A DNA stretch of 22,825 nucleotides from a virus: the IMG/VR virus record IMGVR_UViG_3300024581_003792, positions 191,006 to 213,830 of that record; one strand, given 5' to 3'. Under the pieces are notes generated by a model that was not told where the DNA came from, searched no databases, and saw only the letters and a list, made by a program, of their open reading frames with translations. How positions within the stretch are numbered: the first letter of the stretch is position 1; each line of letters starts with the position of its first letter. A program made the position numbers and the translations under genes. Positions 1 through 7,720 of this stretch are shown one piece after another.

Positions 1-474
1 CTAAATTATGCGAGGTCAAAAATATATGGCGCGCAGAATGCTGAAGATATTGTTCAAAATACAATACTAATACTTTGTCAAAAAATGAATCAATTCGATC
101 CAAATAAAAGCTTTCATGGTTGGGCGTTTAAAATCTGCAACAATCAGATGAAAAATTACTTCAGAAAAGTCAAAAGAAATAAGGAAGATTGTGTCGAATA
201 TATTAGCGATGTATGCAAAGAAAAATCAGATTCTTCAGTCGAAAAAATTATATCAAAAGAAAATCTTTACGATAAAACAAATAACATCCAATTATTTAAA
301 TCTAAATTATCACCTAAACAATCAAAAGTTTTTTGTTTCATAATGGATGGCATTTCAAGACGCGAAGCGAGAAAAATTCTAGGCATGACAGAAAACGCTT
401 TCAATACTACTTATAGTCGGGTAGTGGAAAATTGTAAAAAAATTTTAGAAAACGAAAGTGCGCAAGCTAAATAA
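1..474 (+). CDS. ECF-type sigma-70 family RNA polymerase sigma factor (5'-truncated by window edge)
   Basis: Frame is open from base 1 (LNYARSKIYGAQNAEDIVQNTILILCQKMNQFDPNKSFHGWAFKICNN). AEDIVQ and F..W...I..N match ECF region 2; LSPKQSKVF...GISRREARKILG matches the region 4 HTH. Confidence 0.85.
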   Translation, partial: LNYARSKIYGAQNAEDIVQNTILILCQKMNQFDPNKSFHGWAFKICNNQMKNYFRKVKRNKEDCVEYISDVCKEKSDSSVEKIISKENLYDKTNNIQLFKSKLSPKQSKVFCFIMDGISRREARKILGMTENAFNTTYSRVVENCKKILENESAQAK

Positions 475-1030
475 TACGGCTCGAAAAGATAAGATCTTAA
501 AACTTCGATTAGAAGGAAAAAGCTATCGAGAAATACAATCTATTATTGGTTGTTCAAAATCCACAATCTCTTATCATTGCGGAAATGGTAATGAAAAAAA
601 TAGGGTTAAAAGTGACATAAAAAAAAGAAAACCAATTTGCAAAAAAGTCTCTAGTTTTAAAACACGATGCTCTCGCGCAAATTATAAATTATTCCGAGCA
701 AAAGTAAAAACATTCAAAAGGCGCTCAAAATCAAAAGGCAACAAGACAAATACTATAGTTAATAGTATATCAAAAAATTATACTTGCCAGGATGTGATTA
801 AAAAATTTGGAAATAATCCAATTTGTTACTTAACAGGTAAACCCATAGATTTAGACAAGCCTGAGACTTATAATTTAGATCATATAATTCCTGCGTCAAG
901 AGGAGGCACAAATGATTTGGACAACTTAGGTCTCTGTCTTAAAGAAGCCAACCAAGCAAAAGGTGATTTATTGATTGAGGAACTTTATGATTTGTGCGAG
1001 CAAATATTACTTTGGAAATCTAAAAGTTAA
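458..1030 (+). CDS. HTH + HNH endonuclease
   Basis: N-terminal HTH (LRLEGKSYREIQSIIGCSKSTISYH); C-terminal CYLTG...LDHIIPASRGGTNDLDNL....AN..KG HNH motif. Confidence 0.85.
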   Translation: MRKLNNTARKDKILKLRLEGKSYREIQSIIGCSKSTISYHCGNGNEKNRVKSDIKKRKPICKKVSSFKTRCSRANYKLFRAKVKTFKRRSKSKGNKTNTIVNSISKNYTCQDVIKKFGNNPICYLTGKPIDLDKPETYNLDHIIPASRGGTNDLDNLGLCLKEANQAKGDLLIEELYDLCEQILLWKSKS

Positions 1031-1659
1031 AATATTATATACTGAATGTATTCTTGGTTTGGATAGTTCTCTAACAAAATAAATTCATTTGTTTGTGGCT
1101 CAAATATATACCACCCTCTTGTCGTCATAACTAGATTTACTGCATGTAGACCTCCTGTAGCAGGTATTCTTGCGAATTCATTTACTTGTCTGACTACGAC
1201 AATTCCTACCGCCATCTCTTTCTTTTGATTGCTTTTTAGGTTTGCGATACTCATGGTTGATTTGTATAGCATGGCATAGTTTTCACAATCCAAAGCTTCG
1301 CCATTGTCACCCAAAGACATCAATCCATTATCAAATAACAAATCCTGAAACCAATTATTAAATTTTCTAAAAAAATAATAATCAACCTTTTGATAACTAT
1401 TGTCCCATAATAATATTTTAATATCGGTTGGCACTTTCATTGGCACAGAGTTAAACGCTCTTTGTGTTGTGAAATGATACGCAAAATCTTTTTTATATAT
1501 CATATCCTTGTTCGCATCTGCATCCAAAGTTGGTATATCTTTGATATTTTCTAAATTTGTGTCAGTGCAAGCGACAAATAATAATGACATAACAGAGGCG
1601 AGCACAAGACTTAGCGCCCAAGATAATCTATAATTCTTTTTTATTATTTCCTTCATCAT
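1027..1659 (-). CDS. Putative lipoprotein with papain-like/transglutaminase-like cysteine protease domain (MOA lectin C-terminal-like)
   Basis: Hydrophobic N-terminus ending in lipobox LFVAC; motifs DCENYA, HAVN and FEPQ give a Cys-His-Glu triad. Confidence 0.7.
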   Translation of the reverse strand: MMKEIIKKNYRLSWALSLVLASVMSLLFVACTDTNLENIKDIPTLDADANKDMIYKKDFAYHFTTQRAFNSVPMKVPTDIKILLWDNSYQKVDYYFFRKFNNWFQDLLFDNGLMSLGDNGEALDCENYAMLYKSTMSIANLKSNQKKEMAVGIVVVRQVNEFARIPATGGLHAVNLVMTTRGWYIFEPQTNEFILLENYPNQEYIQYIIF

Positions 1660-1825
1660 TTCCCCCTAGTTTATTTAATATTTCTGTTTTTTCAGCCGCC
1701 GACATATCTAAATATTGTTTTTTAGCTAAAATATATGCGCTTCGCACCCTTAAATGAGGGTGAGCCGAGAAATCGACATCCTCCAAGTGCTTAACTATTA
1801 AGTAGTTAACTATTCTTTCATCCAT
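1628..1825 (-). CDS. Hypothetical protein (65 aa, MDERIV...)
   Basis: ATG at 1825 directly follows the GTGTA-N9 motif; overlaps the start of the downstream lipoprotein gene. Confidence 0.65.
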   Translation of the reverse strand: MDERIVNYLIVKHLEDVDFSAHPHLRVRSAYILAKKQYLDMSAAEKTEILNKLGGNDEGNNKKEL

Positions 1826-1840
1826 ATTTATGAGTACACA
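1826..1840 (-). promoter_or_regulatory. TGTGTA-N9-ATG motif, candidate second-class promoter
   Basis: - strand reads TGTGTACTCATAAAT then ATG; same geometry at 7951-7965. Confidence 0.5.
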
Positions 1841-1850
1841 CAAAAAATAG

Positions 1851-1879
1851 TTGACATCTCTTATGCTTTGTGGCAGACT
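1851..1879 (+). promoter_or_regulatory. sigma70-type promoter
   Basis: TTGACA-N17-CAGACT with extended TG, upstream of ORF 1918. Confidence 0.65.
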
Positions 1880-1917
1880 ACAATCTTAACTATTAATACA
1901 AACCCAAAAATAAAAAA

Positions 1918-2091
1918 ATGAATACTGAATATATTAAACTTACTGATCTATGGAACGATGGCGAATACGCTGAAATTGGACATATTATGAAAGAAGAATC
2001 ATGGAGCGCTAGTGAAATCGCCAAGTTTTGCGCTTATTTTGCCAAATATTGCGGAGTAAAGGATTTAAATCTTCTCTACAAGTTTCTATAA
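1918..2091 (+). CDS. Hypothetical protein (57 aa, not in ORF track)
   Basis: MNTEYIKLTDLWNDGEYAEIG...LLYKFL; fills the gap between a promoter and ORF 2093. Confidence 0.75.
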   Translation: MNTEYIKLTDLWNDGEYAEIGHIMKEESWSASEIAKFCAYFAKYCGVKDLNLLYKFL

Positions 2092-2092
2092 T

Positions 2093-2461
2093 ATGGACAA
2101 TCTTGAATTAGCTTGGCAAACTTACGAATTTCATACTGAAATGGCGGTTGAGTTTGAAGACAAGCATACAGATTTAATTGCGCGCTATCGCAACTTTGTC
2201 TCCAAGAATCTAAATCCTAGTCAATCGCAAAAAAAATGGTTACTAAATAGGTTAAATAAATCCTTCAACAGGCTATTAAGTACCTATGTAAAGCAAATGG
2301 ATGCGGTAAATGATTTGATCGACTTATATAATAGCGACATAGAAATCCCTGAAGAAAGAAAATTAGATAAGCAGTCTCTTTATAGCCTTTTAAATGTTAC
2401 CGCTACTCTATCCGAAGAAATGAAAATATATAGAAAAGAAATAAACGAAGTTTTGCGTTGA
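2093..2461 (+). CDS. Hypothetical protein
   Basis: ORF in tight operon; its TGA stop is part of the next TTGACA. Confidence 0.75.
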   Translation: MDNLELAWQTYEFHTEMAVEFEDKHTDLIARYRNFVSKNLNPSQSQKKWLLNRLNKSFNRLLSTYVKQMDAVNDLIDLYNSDIEIPEERKLDKQSLYSLLNVTATLSEEMKIYRKEINEVLR

Positions 2462-2486
2462 CATTAGTTTAACGATTTGATATACT
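2458..2486 (+). promoter_or_regulatory. sigma70-type promoter
   Basis: TTGACA-N17-TATACT with extended TG. Confidence 0.85.
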
Positions 2487-2522
2487 ATCATTTTTATATT
2501 AATAAATAAACACAAATATATT

Positions 2523-3722
2523 ATGGATTCACAAATTACAGGATTAGCTGAGAAGCAACAATTAAAGTGCAAAAAATACTTTGCTGAAAAAAATAAAGTA
2601 GATTTAAGTATTTCGCAAATATTAGAAGATGCTCCGTTATTTTATAGATCTGAAACAGGAGAAGTATTACGCTCTCACCCTTGGATGACAAGCTTTGGTC
2701 ATGGAATTCAGCAGGGTATTTTTTCCATCAATGGGACTGTGGCTTCTCATATTTTAGACCATTTCAATAATATTGAAAGTACTGATCCATCGAAAAGTAG
2801 ACGAAATCGAAAAAAAATGATTTCAAATATAAAAAGATATGCCAAGTCAATGAAAGAAGGCAATTGGAGGGTATCTGCGCCTATTTTATTTGAAGAAGGT
2901 ACAGGAGCTCTGCTTGATGGTCAAAATAGGTTGGAAGCTTTAGTTTTAGTTGCTAAAGATGTTTGCCCAAATAATTTGTCTGACTTCAGCCTTGCTTTTA
3001 ATGTTATATTTGGTGCAGAGCAAGCCATGCAGGACTATATCGACAAAGGTTCCTCTAGGACGATTATTCAAACCGCTAGAATTAAAGGTTTGATTGCTGA
3101 TCGTGATACAAACGGAATTGAAGCTTTAAAAATTCTAGAAGGAATCCTTCACAAAAAACAGGAAGGGAATGGCTTTGACAGATCGTTGGCTAACGAGGTA
3201 GATATTTTTGAAACTTGGAGCCAAGTAGAACCAAATACAGATCAAACTTATGAAGATATTTGTAGATGGGTAGCTCAAATGACTGGTTCGGATTCAGCCT
3301 ACGAACTTTTTGCAGGTCATAAAATTTGCCTTACTCAAGCTTATATTTTTAATAGAGAGAGGACAGAGTTATTTATAGAGTGCGTTACCGCTGAACTTGA
3401 AGCGCTTGAATCTTTAAGGGAAAGAGGTATTGATACAACTTTCTCTAGTGACGAATTCTCGTCTGTAAGGATTTGCAGGAACTATTTAAAAACTTTAGCT
3501 AAAAATAAAAAGCTAAACGGCTCCAATGGCGGTTCAGCTAAACCAATTCATTACGGAAATATGCTTTACTTTGTAACGCAATTTTTGAATAAACGAAAAA
3601 CTTCTAGCACTTGCTCTAGAGAATTAAGCTGTGAACCTAGAAAGCTGACCCAAGCTAGGTTTGTAAACCTCGGCAATTGCGTCGAAGAAGATTTTATCCA
3701 AAGTATTCTTAATATATCATAG
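2523..3722 (+). CDS. ParB/Srx-like (DGQHR-type) domain protein
   Basis: RNR...YAKSMKEGNW...PILF...LLDGQNRLEAL followed by ID.G..RT, typical of phage ParB-N-like proteins. Confidence 0.65.
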   Translation: MDSQITGLAEKQQLKCKKYFAEKNKVDLSISQILEDAPLFYRSETGEVLRSHPWMTSFGHGIQQGIFSINGTVASHILDHFNNIESTDPSKSRRNRKKMISNIKRYAKSMKEGNWRVSAPILFEEGTGALLDGQNRLEALVLVAKDVCPNNLSDFSLAFNVIFGAEQAMQDYIDKGSSRTIIQTARIKGLIADRDTNGIEALKILEGILHKKQEGNGFDRSLANEVDIFETWSQVEPNTDQTYEDICRWVAQMTGSDSAYELFAGHKICLTQAYIFNRERTELFIECVTAELEALESLRERGIDTTFSSDEFSSVRICRNYLKTLAKNKKLNGSNGGSAKPIHYGNMLYFVTQFLNKRKTSSTCSRELSCEPRKLTQARFVNLGNCVEEDFIQSILNIS

Positions 3723-3747
3723 ATGTAACCTAATTAATTATTCTCCC

Positions 3748-3788
3748 AAAAAGAGAGAGCGTTAATCAGCTCTCTCTTTTTTTTTTTT
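3748..3788 (+). terminator. Intrinsic terminator (possibly bidirectional)
   Basis: AAAAAGAGAGAGC-gttaatca-GCTCTCTCTTTTT stem with a 12-T run at 3777-3788. Confidence 0.9.
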
Positions 3789-3789
3789 G

Positions 3790-3818
3790 TTGACAAATAC
3801 TAAATCTTAAATTAAAGT
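3790..3818 (+). promoter_or_regulatory. sigma70-type promoter, near-leaderless
   Basis: TTGACA-N17-TAAAGT; ATG 8 nt downstream (3827). Confidence 0.75.
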
Positions 3819-3826
3819 GCGTTATT

Positions 3827-4165
3827 ATGCAGAATAAATCTAAAAATGTAATTCCGATCACTTACGAAGAATTGGGTGATTATATTGGCAAAAAAACTAT
3901 TGTGCTAGTCAGTCAAGATTGGCTTGAGTCAATTAAAATTGCGACACAAGTAACAAAGCAATGCTCAAAGTGCGAACAAGAGCTACCTCTCGATTCTTTT
4001 AATAACGATAAAAGAAGGCAGTTCGGTAAACGCTCTCAATGCAAATCTTGCTACAAAGAAGCTTCTATATCTCAAGGTGTGAAAGTTGCGCTTGACAATG
4101 CTACGAAAGAAGATTATAGTAGTGATATTGAATCTAAAATTGAATACAAAATAACACACTTCTAA
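3827..4165 (+). CDS. Small protein with C4 zinc ribbon
   Basis: KQCSKC...F....R..G.RSQCKSC resembles the zinc finger found N-terminal in phage HNH/endonuclease VII proteins; no nuclease domain follows. Confidence 0.7.
   Translation: MQNKSKNVIPITYEELGDYIGKKTIVLVSQDWLESIKIATQVTKQCSKCEQELPLDSFNNDKRRQFGKRSQCKSCYKEASISQGVKVALDNATKEDYSSDIESKIEYKITHF
4092..4120 (+). promoter_or_regulatory. sigma70-type promoter embedded in CDS, upstream of ruvB-like gene
   Basis: TTGACA-N17-TATAGT. Confidence 0.75.
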
Positions 4166-4167
4166 TT

Positions 4168-5094
4168 ATGAGTAACTACTTCTCCGACTTAATTGGTCAA
4201 AACGCAGTTAAAAAGAAGCTCGGCTTCTATCTTGATGCTTTCCATAAAACTTCTCAAGCCCCTTTCTTGTTAATGGCGGGGGCTAAGGGTCTCGGAAAAA
4301 CAGAGTTCGCAAAAGCTTTTGCTAGAAATTTGCACAATCAAGATGGGGACAAGCGCGCCTTTCTTGAATTAAATTGCTCCACAATTAAAAATAATGAGCA
4401 ATTCTTCGAGCAAATCTTTATTCCATTGATATGTGATAATGAAATAACAATATTGTTTGATGAATGCCACGAACTACCTCAAGACCTAACGATGGCTTTT
4501 TTAAGTATTTTTAATACCGAAGCAAATAGCAGAAAGACATTTGAATGGAATGGTATGAGTTTTGAGTTTAATTTCAGGCAACAAACTTTTATTTTTGCGA
4601 CAACTGAGACCGATAAAATATTCCCCCCATTAAAAGATCGTTTGACCAATGTTGACTTCGAGCCTTACAGCAAATCAGAACTTGGTAAAATCGTTGAGCT
4701 GTGCGCTCCCGAAATTATCTTTACTGAAGAATGTTTAAGCGAAGTTTCAGGAACGATTAGAAGTAATGCGCGTAGTGCGGTCAAAAGGGCTAAAGAAATT
4801 GCATTGTATTGCGGATCAAAAGATAACAATAATTTTGGAATTGACAACTTCAAAGAACTATGCGATACTATTGGAATATTACCATTCGGATTAACTAATA
4901 CTGAAAAACAAGTGCTTAAAATACTAAATGAATGTGGTTCTGTTACCCTGACAGGCTTATCAGCGAAACTCGGCTTGAGTTCAACTGCTGTCCGTCAAGA
5001 TCACGAACTCTATCTTTTAAATAAAAATCTTATCGAAATTGACGGCAAACGCAAGATTACCCACAATGGTCGTCAAGTATGCAAATTATTATGA
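4168..5094 (+). CDS. ruvB: RuvB-like Holliday junction branch migration AAA+ ATPase
   Basis: FSDLIGQ, Walker A GAKGLGKT, Walker B ILFDECH, sensor FATT, PLKDR and a C-terminal winged-helix region (GLT...E.YLL...RKIT). Confidence 0.85.
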   Translation: MSNYFSDLIGQNAVKKKLGFYLDAFHKTSQAPFLLMAGAKGLGKTEFAKAFARNLHNQDGDKRAFLELNCSTIKNNEQFFEQIFIPLICDNEITILFDECHELPQDLTMAFLSIFNTEANSRKTFEWNGMSFEFNFRQQTFIFATTETDKIFPPLKDRLTNVDFEPYSKSELGKIVELCAPEIIFTEECLSEVSGTIRSNARSAVKRAKEIALYCGSKDNNNFGIDNFKELCDTIGILPFGLTNTEKQVLKILNECGSVTLTGLSAKLGLSSTAVRQDHELYLLNKNLIEIDGKRKITHNGRQVCKLL

Positions 5095-5264
5095 ACAATT
5101 TAGAAATAGATAAACTACGACATGAGGTTTACACTCTTTGGTATCATGAAAATGATGGCGCTAAAAAAGAAACCTTGCAAAAAGTTCTTGATTTAATTGA
5201 TTTTACAAATGAAGCTATTAAAAAATTGCAATCAGTTGCTAATTTATTTGCCTCAATGCTATGA
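5091..5264 (+). CDS. Hypothetical protein
   Basis: ATGA overlap with the ruvB-like stop; MNNLEIDKLRHEVY... Confidence 0.7.
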   Translation: MNNLEIDKLRHEVYTLWYHENDGAKKETLQKVLDLIDFTNEAIKKLQSVANLFASML

Positions 5265-5428
5265 AAGAAACAGATAAGGTCTACCTAAAATGCGCGGAAG
5301 AATTAAACGAGCTTGCCACTAGATTATTACAACAAGTAAATAAAAGCAAAGATTATACTGAACAAATAAAGCAAGAACTAGAAGATGTAGAAAAACAAAT
5401 AAAATTACTTAAAAAATCTTTAGAGTAA
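5261..5428 (+). CDS. Minimal MazG-like (all-alpha NTP pyrophosphatase fold) protein, 55 aa, not in ORF track
   Basis: MKETDKVYLKCAEELNELATRLLQQVNKSKDYTEQIKQELEDVEKQIKLLKKSLE has EExxE...ExxD spacing; ATGA overlap with the upstream gene. Confidence 0.55.
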   Translation: MKETDKVYLKCAEELNELATRLLQQVNKSKDYTEQIKQELEDVEKQIKLLKKSLE

Positions 5429-5524
5429 AGCTATATCAAAGTCAGCATTAACTGATCCATTATTGCCAATTCACATTCGTATTTCTTTCGTGTGCAAATG
5501 GACTTGTATTTGGATATTTTTGAT

Positions 5525-5553
5525 TTGACATATTGCTAACTATATATTACACT
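5525..5553 (+). promoter_or_regulatory. sigma70-type promoter, leaderless
   Basis: TTGACA-N17-TACACT; ATG 6 nt downstream (5560). Confidence 0.8.
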
Positions 5554-5559
5554 TTTTTT

Positions 5560-6042
5560 ATGCAGGAAATTACCTTCAATGAATCAGAAATAGAATCCTT
5601 GAAAATATTAACTACTTGGCGGTGCAGAGGCAAGACGCACCTTAAAACAAAGTCTTTGATGTGTTCGGGTAGAAACAATGGTTCAGACTACGACAAGAGC
5701 TTTGAGGGTCACTACATGGGTATTGCAGGAGAATTTGCGGTTGCTAGGCACTTGAATGGGTATTTTGATGTAATGCCCAAGCCAAAAGGAGATAAACATA
5801 GCGCGGATATAATCATAGGGGTTGATGGAAAATTAAGAGTTTCTGTAAAAACCACAAAATATTCGCCCCCGATATTAAAACTCAATGGTTTGCATGAAAT
5901 AAAAGATGCTACTCACTTAGCTCTCTGCCATTATCAAGAACCCAAACTTACAATTCATTGGGTTAAATCCAAGAGTAATTTTCTAAATAATATGTATAAA
6001 AAAGATTTTGGTTACGGAGAAAGATTATGTCTAGGTATATAA
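5560..6042 (+). CDS. Putative PD-(D/E)xK-like nuclease
   Basis: GIAGEFAVA...ADII...VSVKTT pattern; start moved to ATG 5560 on promoter geometry. Confidence 0.5.
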   Translation: MQEITFNESEIESLKILTTWRCRGKTHLKTKSLMCSGRNNGSDYDKSFEGHYMGIAGEFAVARHLNGYFDVMPKPKGDKHSADIIIGVDGKLRVSVKTTKYSPPILKLNGLHEIKDATHLALCHYQEPKLTIHWVKSKSNFLNNMYKKDFGYGERLCLGI

Positions 6043-6059
6043 AAAAACAAAATTGGTGC

Positions 6060-6088
6060 TTGACATTACTTGTTTTATTAGTTATTAT
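6060..6088 (+). promoter_or_regulatory. sigma70-type promoter
   Basis: TTGACA-N17-TATTAT, with an overlapping TATAAT at 6086. Confidence 0.75.
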
Positions 6089-6107
6089 AATAATTTTATG
6101 GCGATAG

Positions 6108-6257
6108 ATGAGGCACACACTAGATATAACAAATGAAGAAATAATCAACTGCTATACCAACGAGTGGGTACTAGAATGGTGCAAGAAAAATCATCCTGAA
6201 ATTTTTGAAAAAGCTAAAGAAATAATAAAAGAATATGTAGAAGAAGATGAGAAATAA
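6108..6257 (+). CDS. Hypothetical protein (49 aa, not in ORF track)
   Basis: MRHTLDITNEEIINCYTNEWVLEWCKKNHPEIFEKAKEIIKEYVEEDEK; overlaps the next gene start. Confidence 0.65.
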   Translation: MRHTLDITNEEIINCYTNEWVLEWCKKNHPEIFEKAKEIIKEYVEEDEK

Positions 6258-6606
6258 ATGGTGGATAGGTGTTGTGTTTTTATTTGGTTGTCAATCAAAC
6301 AAGGTTCAAGAAGAGATTGACTTACCCCCGCCTCCGCCACTACCTCGGCACTTTTTGCCCCCAACCTCTCCTCCCAACTTTACGCCCGATATACTTGATG
6401 TTTACAAAATACAAATCAATCCTGTACCGCACCCCCTGAATCTAGGTCAACCTTATGTAATTTGGATCAATAAAGAAAAAGTTTCGATAGGAACACATAA
6501 GCTTAATGAGTTAATTGCTTTATTAAATTTACCAACTACTCCTCCTGAAGATACCGCTGAACTTCATAGTGGCGCAGGATGGCTAAAGCCCTTCTCAATA
6601 GAATAA
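6247..6606 (+). CDS. Putative proline-rich lipoprotein
   Basis: MRNKWWIGVVFLFGC lipobox followed by LPPPPPLP...PPTSPP. Confidence 0.65.
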   Translation: MRNKWWIGVVFLFGCQSNKVQEEIDLPPPPPLPRHFLPPTSPPNFTPDILDVYKIQINPVPHPLNLGQPYVIWINKEKVSIGTHKLNELIALLNLPTTPPEDTAELHSGAGWLKPFSIE

Positions 6607-6609
6607 ATT

Positions 6610-6867
6610 GTGTACGATAACGGAATAAATAATGAGTTTGAATACGCACACAATAGAGGCTTGCAAAGAGGTTTTGATCTCGGTTGGAGTTACAAAGGAA
6701 AATTTGATCGACAAATAATCCAAGACGAAATACTTAAATTAAAAGCTCAACATAAAAAAAGCAGACAAAAAAAATATTTAACAGAAATTTCGGCACTAGA
6801 ATCTATACTAGAAAAATTAAAAAACCATCCCTCAAATAAAGAAAATATTGATATTAATTTTTGGTGA
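6610..6867 (+). CDS. Hypothetical protein
   Basis: GTG start 3 nt after the upstream stop; tight packing. Confidence 0.65.
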   Translation: MYDNGINNEFEYAHNRGLQRGFDLGWSYKGKFDRQIIQDEILKLKAQHKKSRQKKYLTEISALESILEKLKNHPSNKENIDINFW

Positions 6868-7277
6868 TGAGTAAAAAAGATTTACCTGACAATTATGTGC
6901 CAAATGCTCATTCATTGCCTTACGCAAGTGATCTAGGCGCGCCTGTTATTCGTCCCGACCATAGCCTTGGTGGATGGAAAGTCGGGGCAGTACATACCGC
7001 AAATAAACACTACGAAGAGCGATTCAATAAATTAAAACAAGAGTTTGAGGAGTTAGCTGAAGATTACAAGTGGAATCAAATAATATTTAATGCAGAGATG
7101 CGCTTCAAACCTGTTATTGGTAAAGAATATTTTTTATATAAAAAGAGTGATGGAAGTTTTTACTTGACTTTATTTGCGCCACATGAGAAAATGGGTGGAT
7201 TTGAAGGATACGAAGGACAATTTAGACTTAACTATGATAATAGATGGGAGCAAATAAAATGTGGAACTACAGAATAA
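6867..7277 (+). CDS. DUF2452-like protein
   Basis: LPY...GAPVI.P, FKPVIGK.Y.LY, LTL..P.E and G.F.L.....W motifs. Confidence 0.7.
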   Translation: MSKKDLPDNYVPNAHSLPYASDLGAPVIRPDHSLGGWKVGAVHTANKHYEERFNKLKQEFEELAEDYKWNQIIFNAEMRFKPVIGKEYFLYKKSDGSFYLTLFAPHEKMGGFEGYEGQFRLNYDNRWEQIKCGTTE

Positions 7278-7540
7278 TACAAACCAAGCCCGAAGAATAT
7301 GGCTTATACGAAGTTATTTACAACGAAGATGGAGATATTTCTGCTTATACAGAAAACCCCGAAGTTATAGCGGAGAGTCCTGAAGATTTACTTTTAAGTC
7401 TTAGGCTCATGCTAGATGATGCGCAAAAATCTTACAATAATATCTTAAAATCAGATGAAATAGAATTTGCCCCTCTTTACGATGAAAGTGAAATGAGTGA
7501 AGCAATGACTATTGAAGAATTTAAAAACATAAACTCATAA
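7259..7540 (+). CDS. Hypothetical phage protein (WNYRI family)
   Basis: MWNYRII...YEVIY..DG.I...TE.P; acidic. Confidence 0.7.
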   Translation: MWNYRIIQTKPEEYGLYEVIYNEDGDISAYTENPEVIAESPEDLLLSLRLMLDDAQKSYNNILKSDEIEFAPLYDESEMSEAMTIEEFKNINS

Positions 7541-7634
7541 GTAAAAACATTGTGTCTACTATAATATCTCTTTCTAAAAAAAATAAAGATAAAGATACTA
7601 TAATATACAAACTTCTTTCAAAATCAGCGTCCAC
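7521..7634 (-). CDS. Small hydrophobic protein (37 aa, not in ORF track)
   Basis: GTG start overlaps the upstream TAG; MDADFERSLYIIVSLSLFFLERDIIVDTMFLLMSLCF. Confidence 0.45.
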   Translation of the reverse strand: MDADFERSLYIIVSLSLFFLERDIIVDTMFLLMSLCF

Positions 7635-7720
7635 TACTTATGAGGATAGCATATTACTGCAATCGCTGAAACAATAGATAGCCACAAAAACACATCCCAC
7701 AATTCCATTATCAAGCTCAT
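7634..7720 (-). CDS. Single-TM microprotein (28 aa, not in ORF track)
   Basis: ATGA overlap with the upstream gene; MSLIMELWDVFLWLSIVSAIAVICYPHK. Confidence 0.55.
   Translation of the reverse strand: MSLIMELWDVFLWLSIVSAIAVICYPHK

Noticed and set aside
1745-1762. Hairpin CACCCT-taaatg-AGGGTG
   Set aside because: Inside a CDS, short, and without a U-tract.
6247-6606. o-spanin assignment for the Pro-rich lipoprotein
   Set aside because: No overlapping or adjacent i-spanin or endolysin on the same strand.
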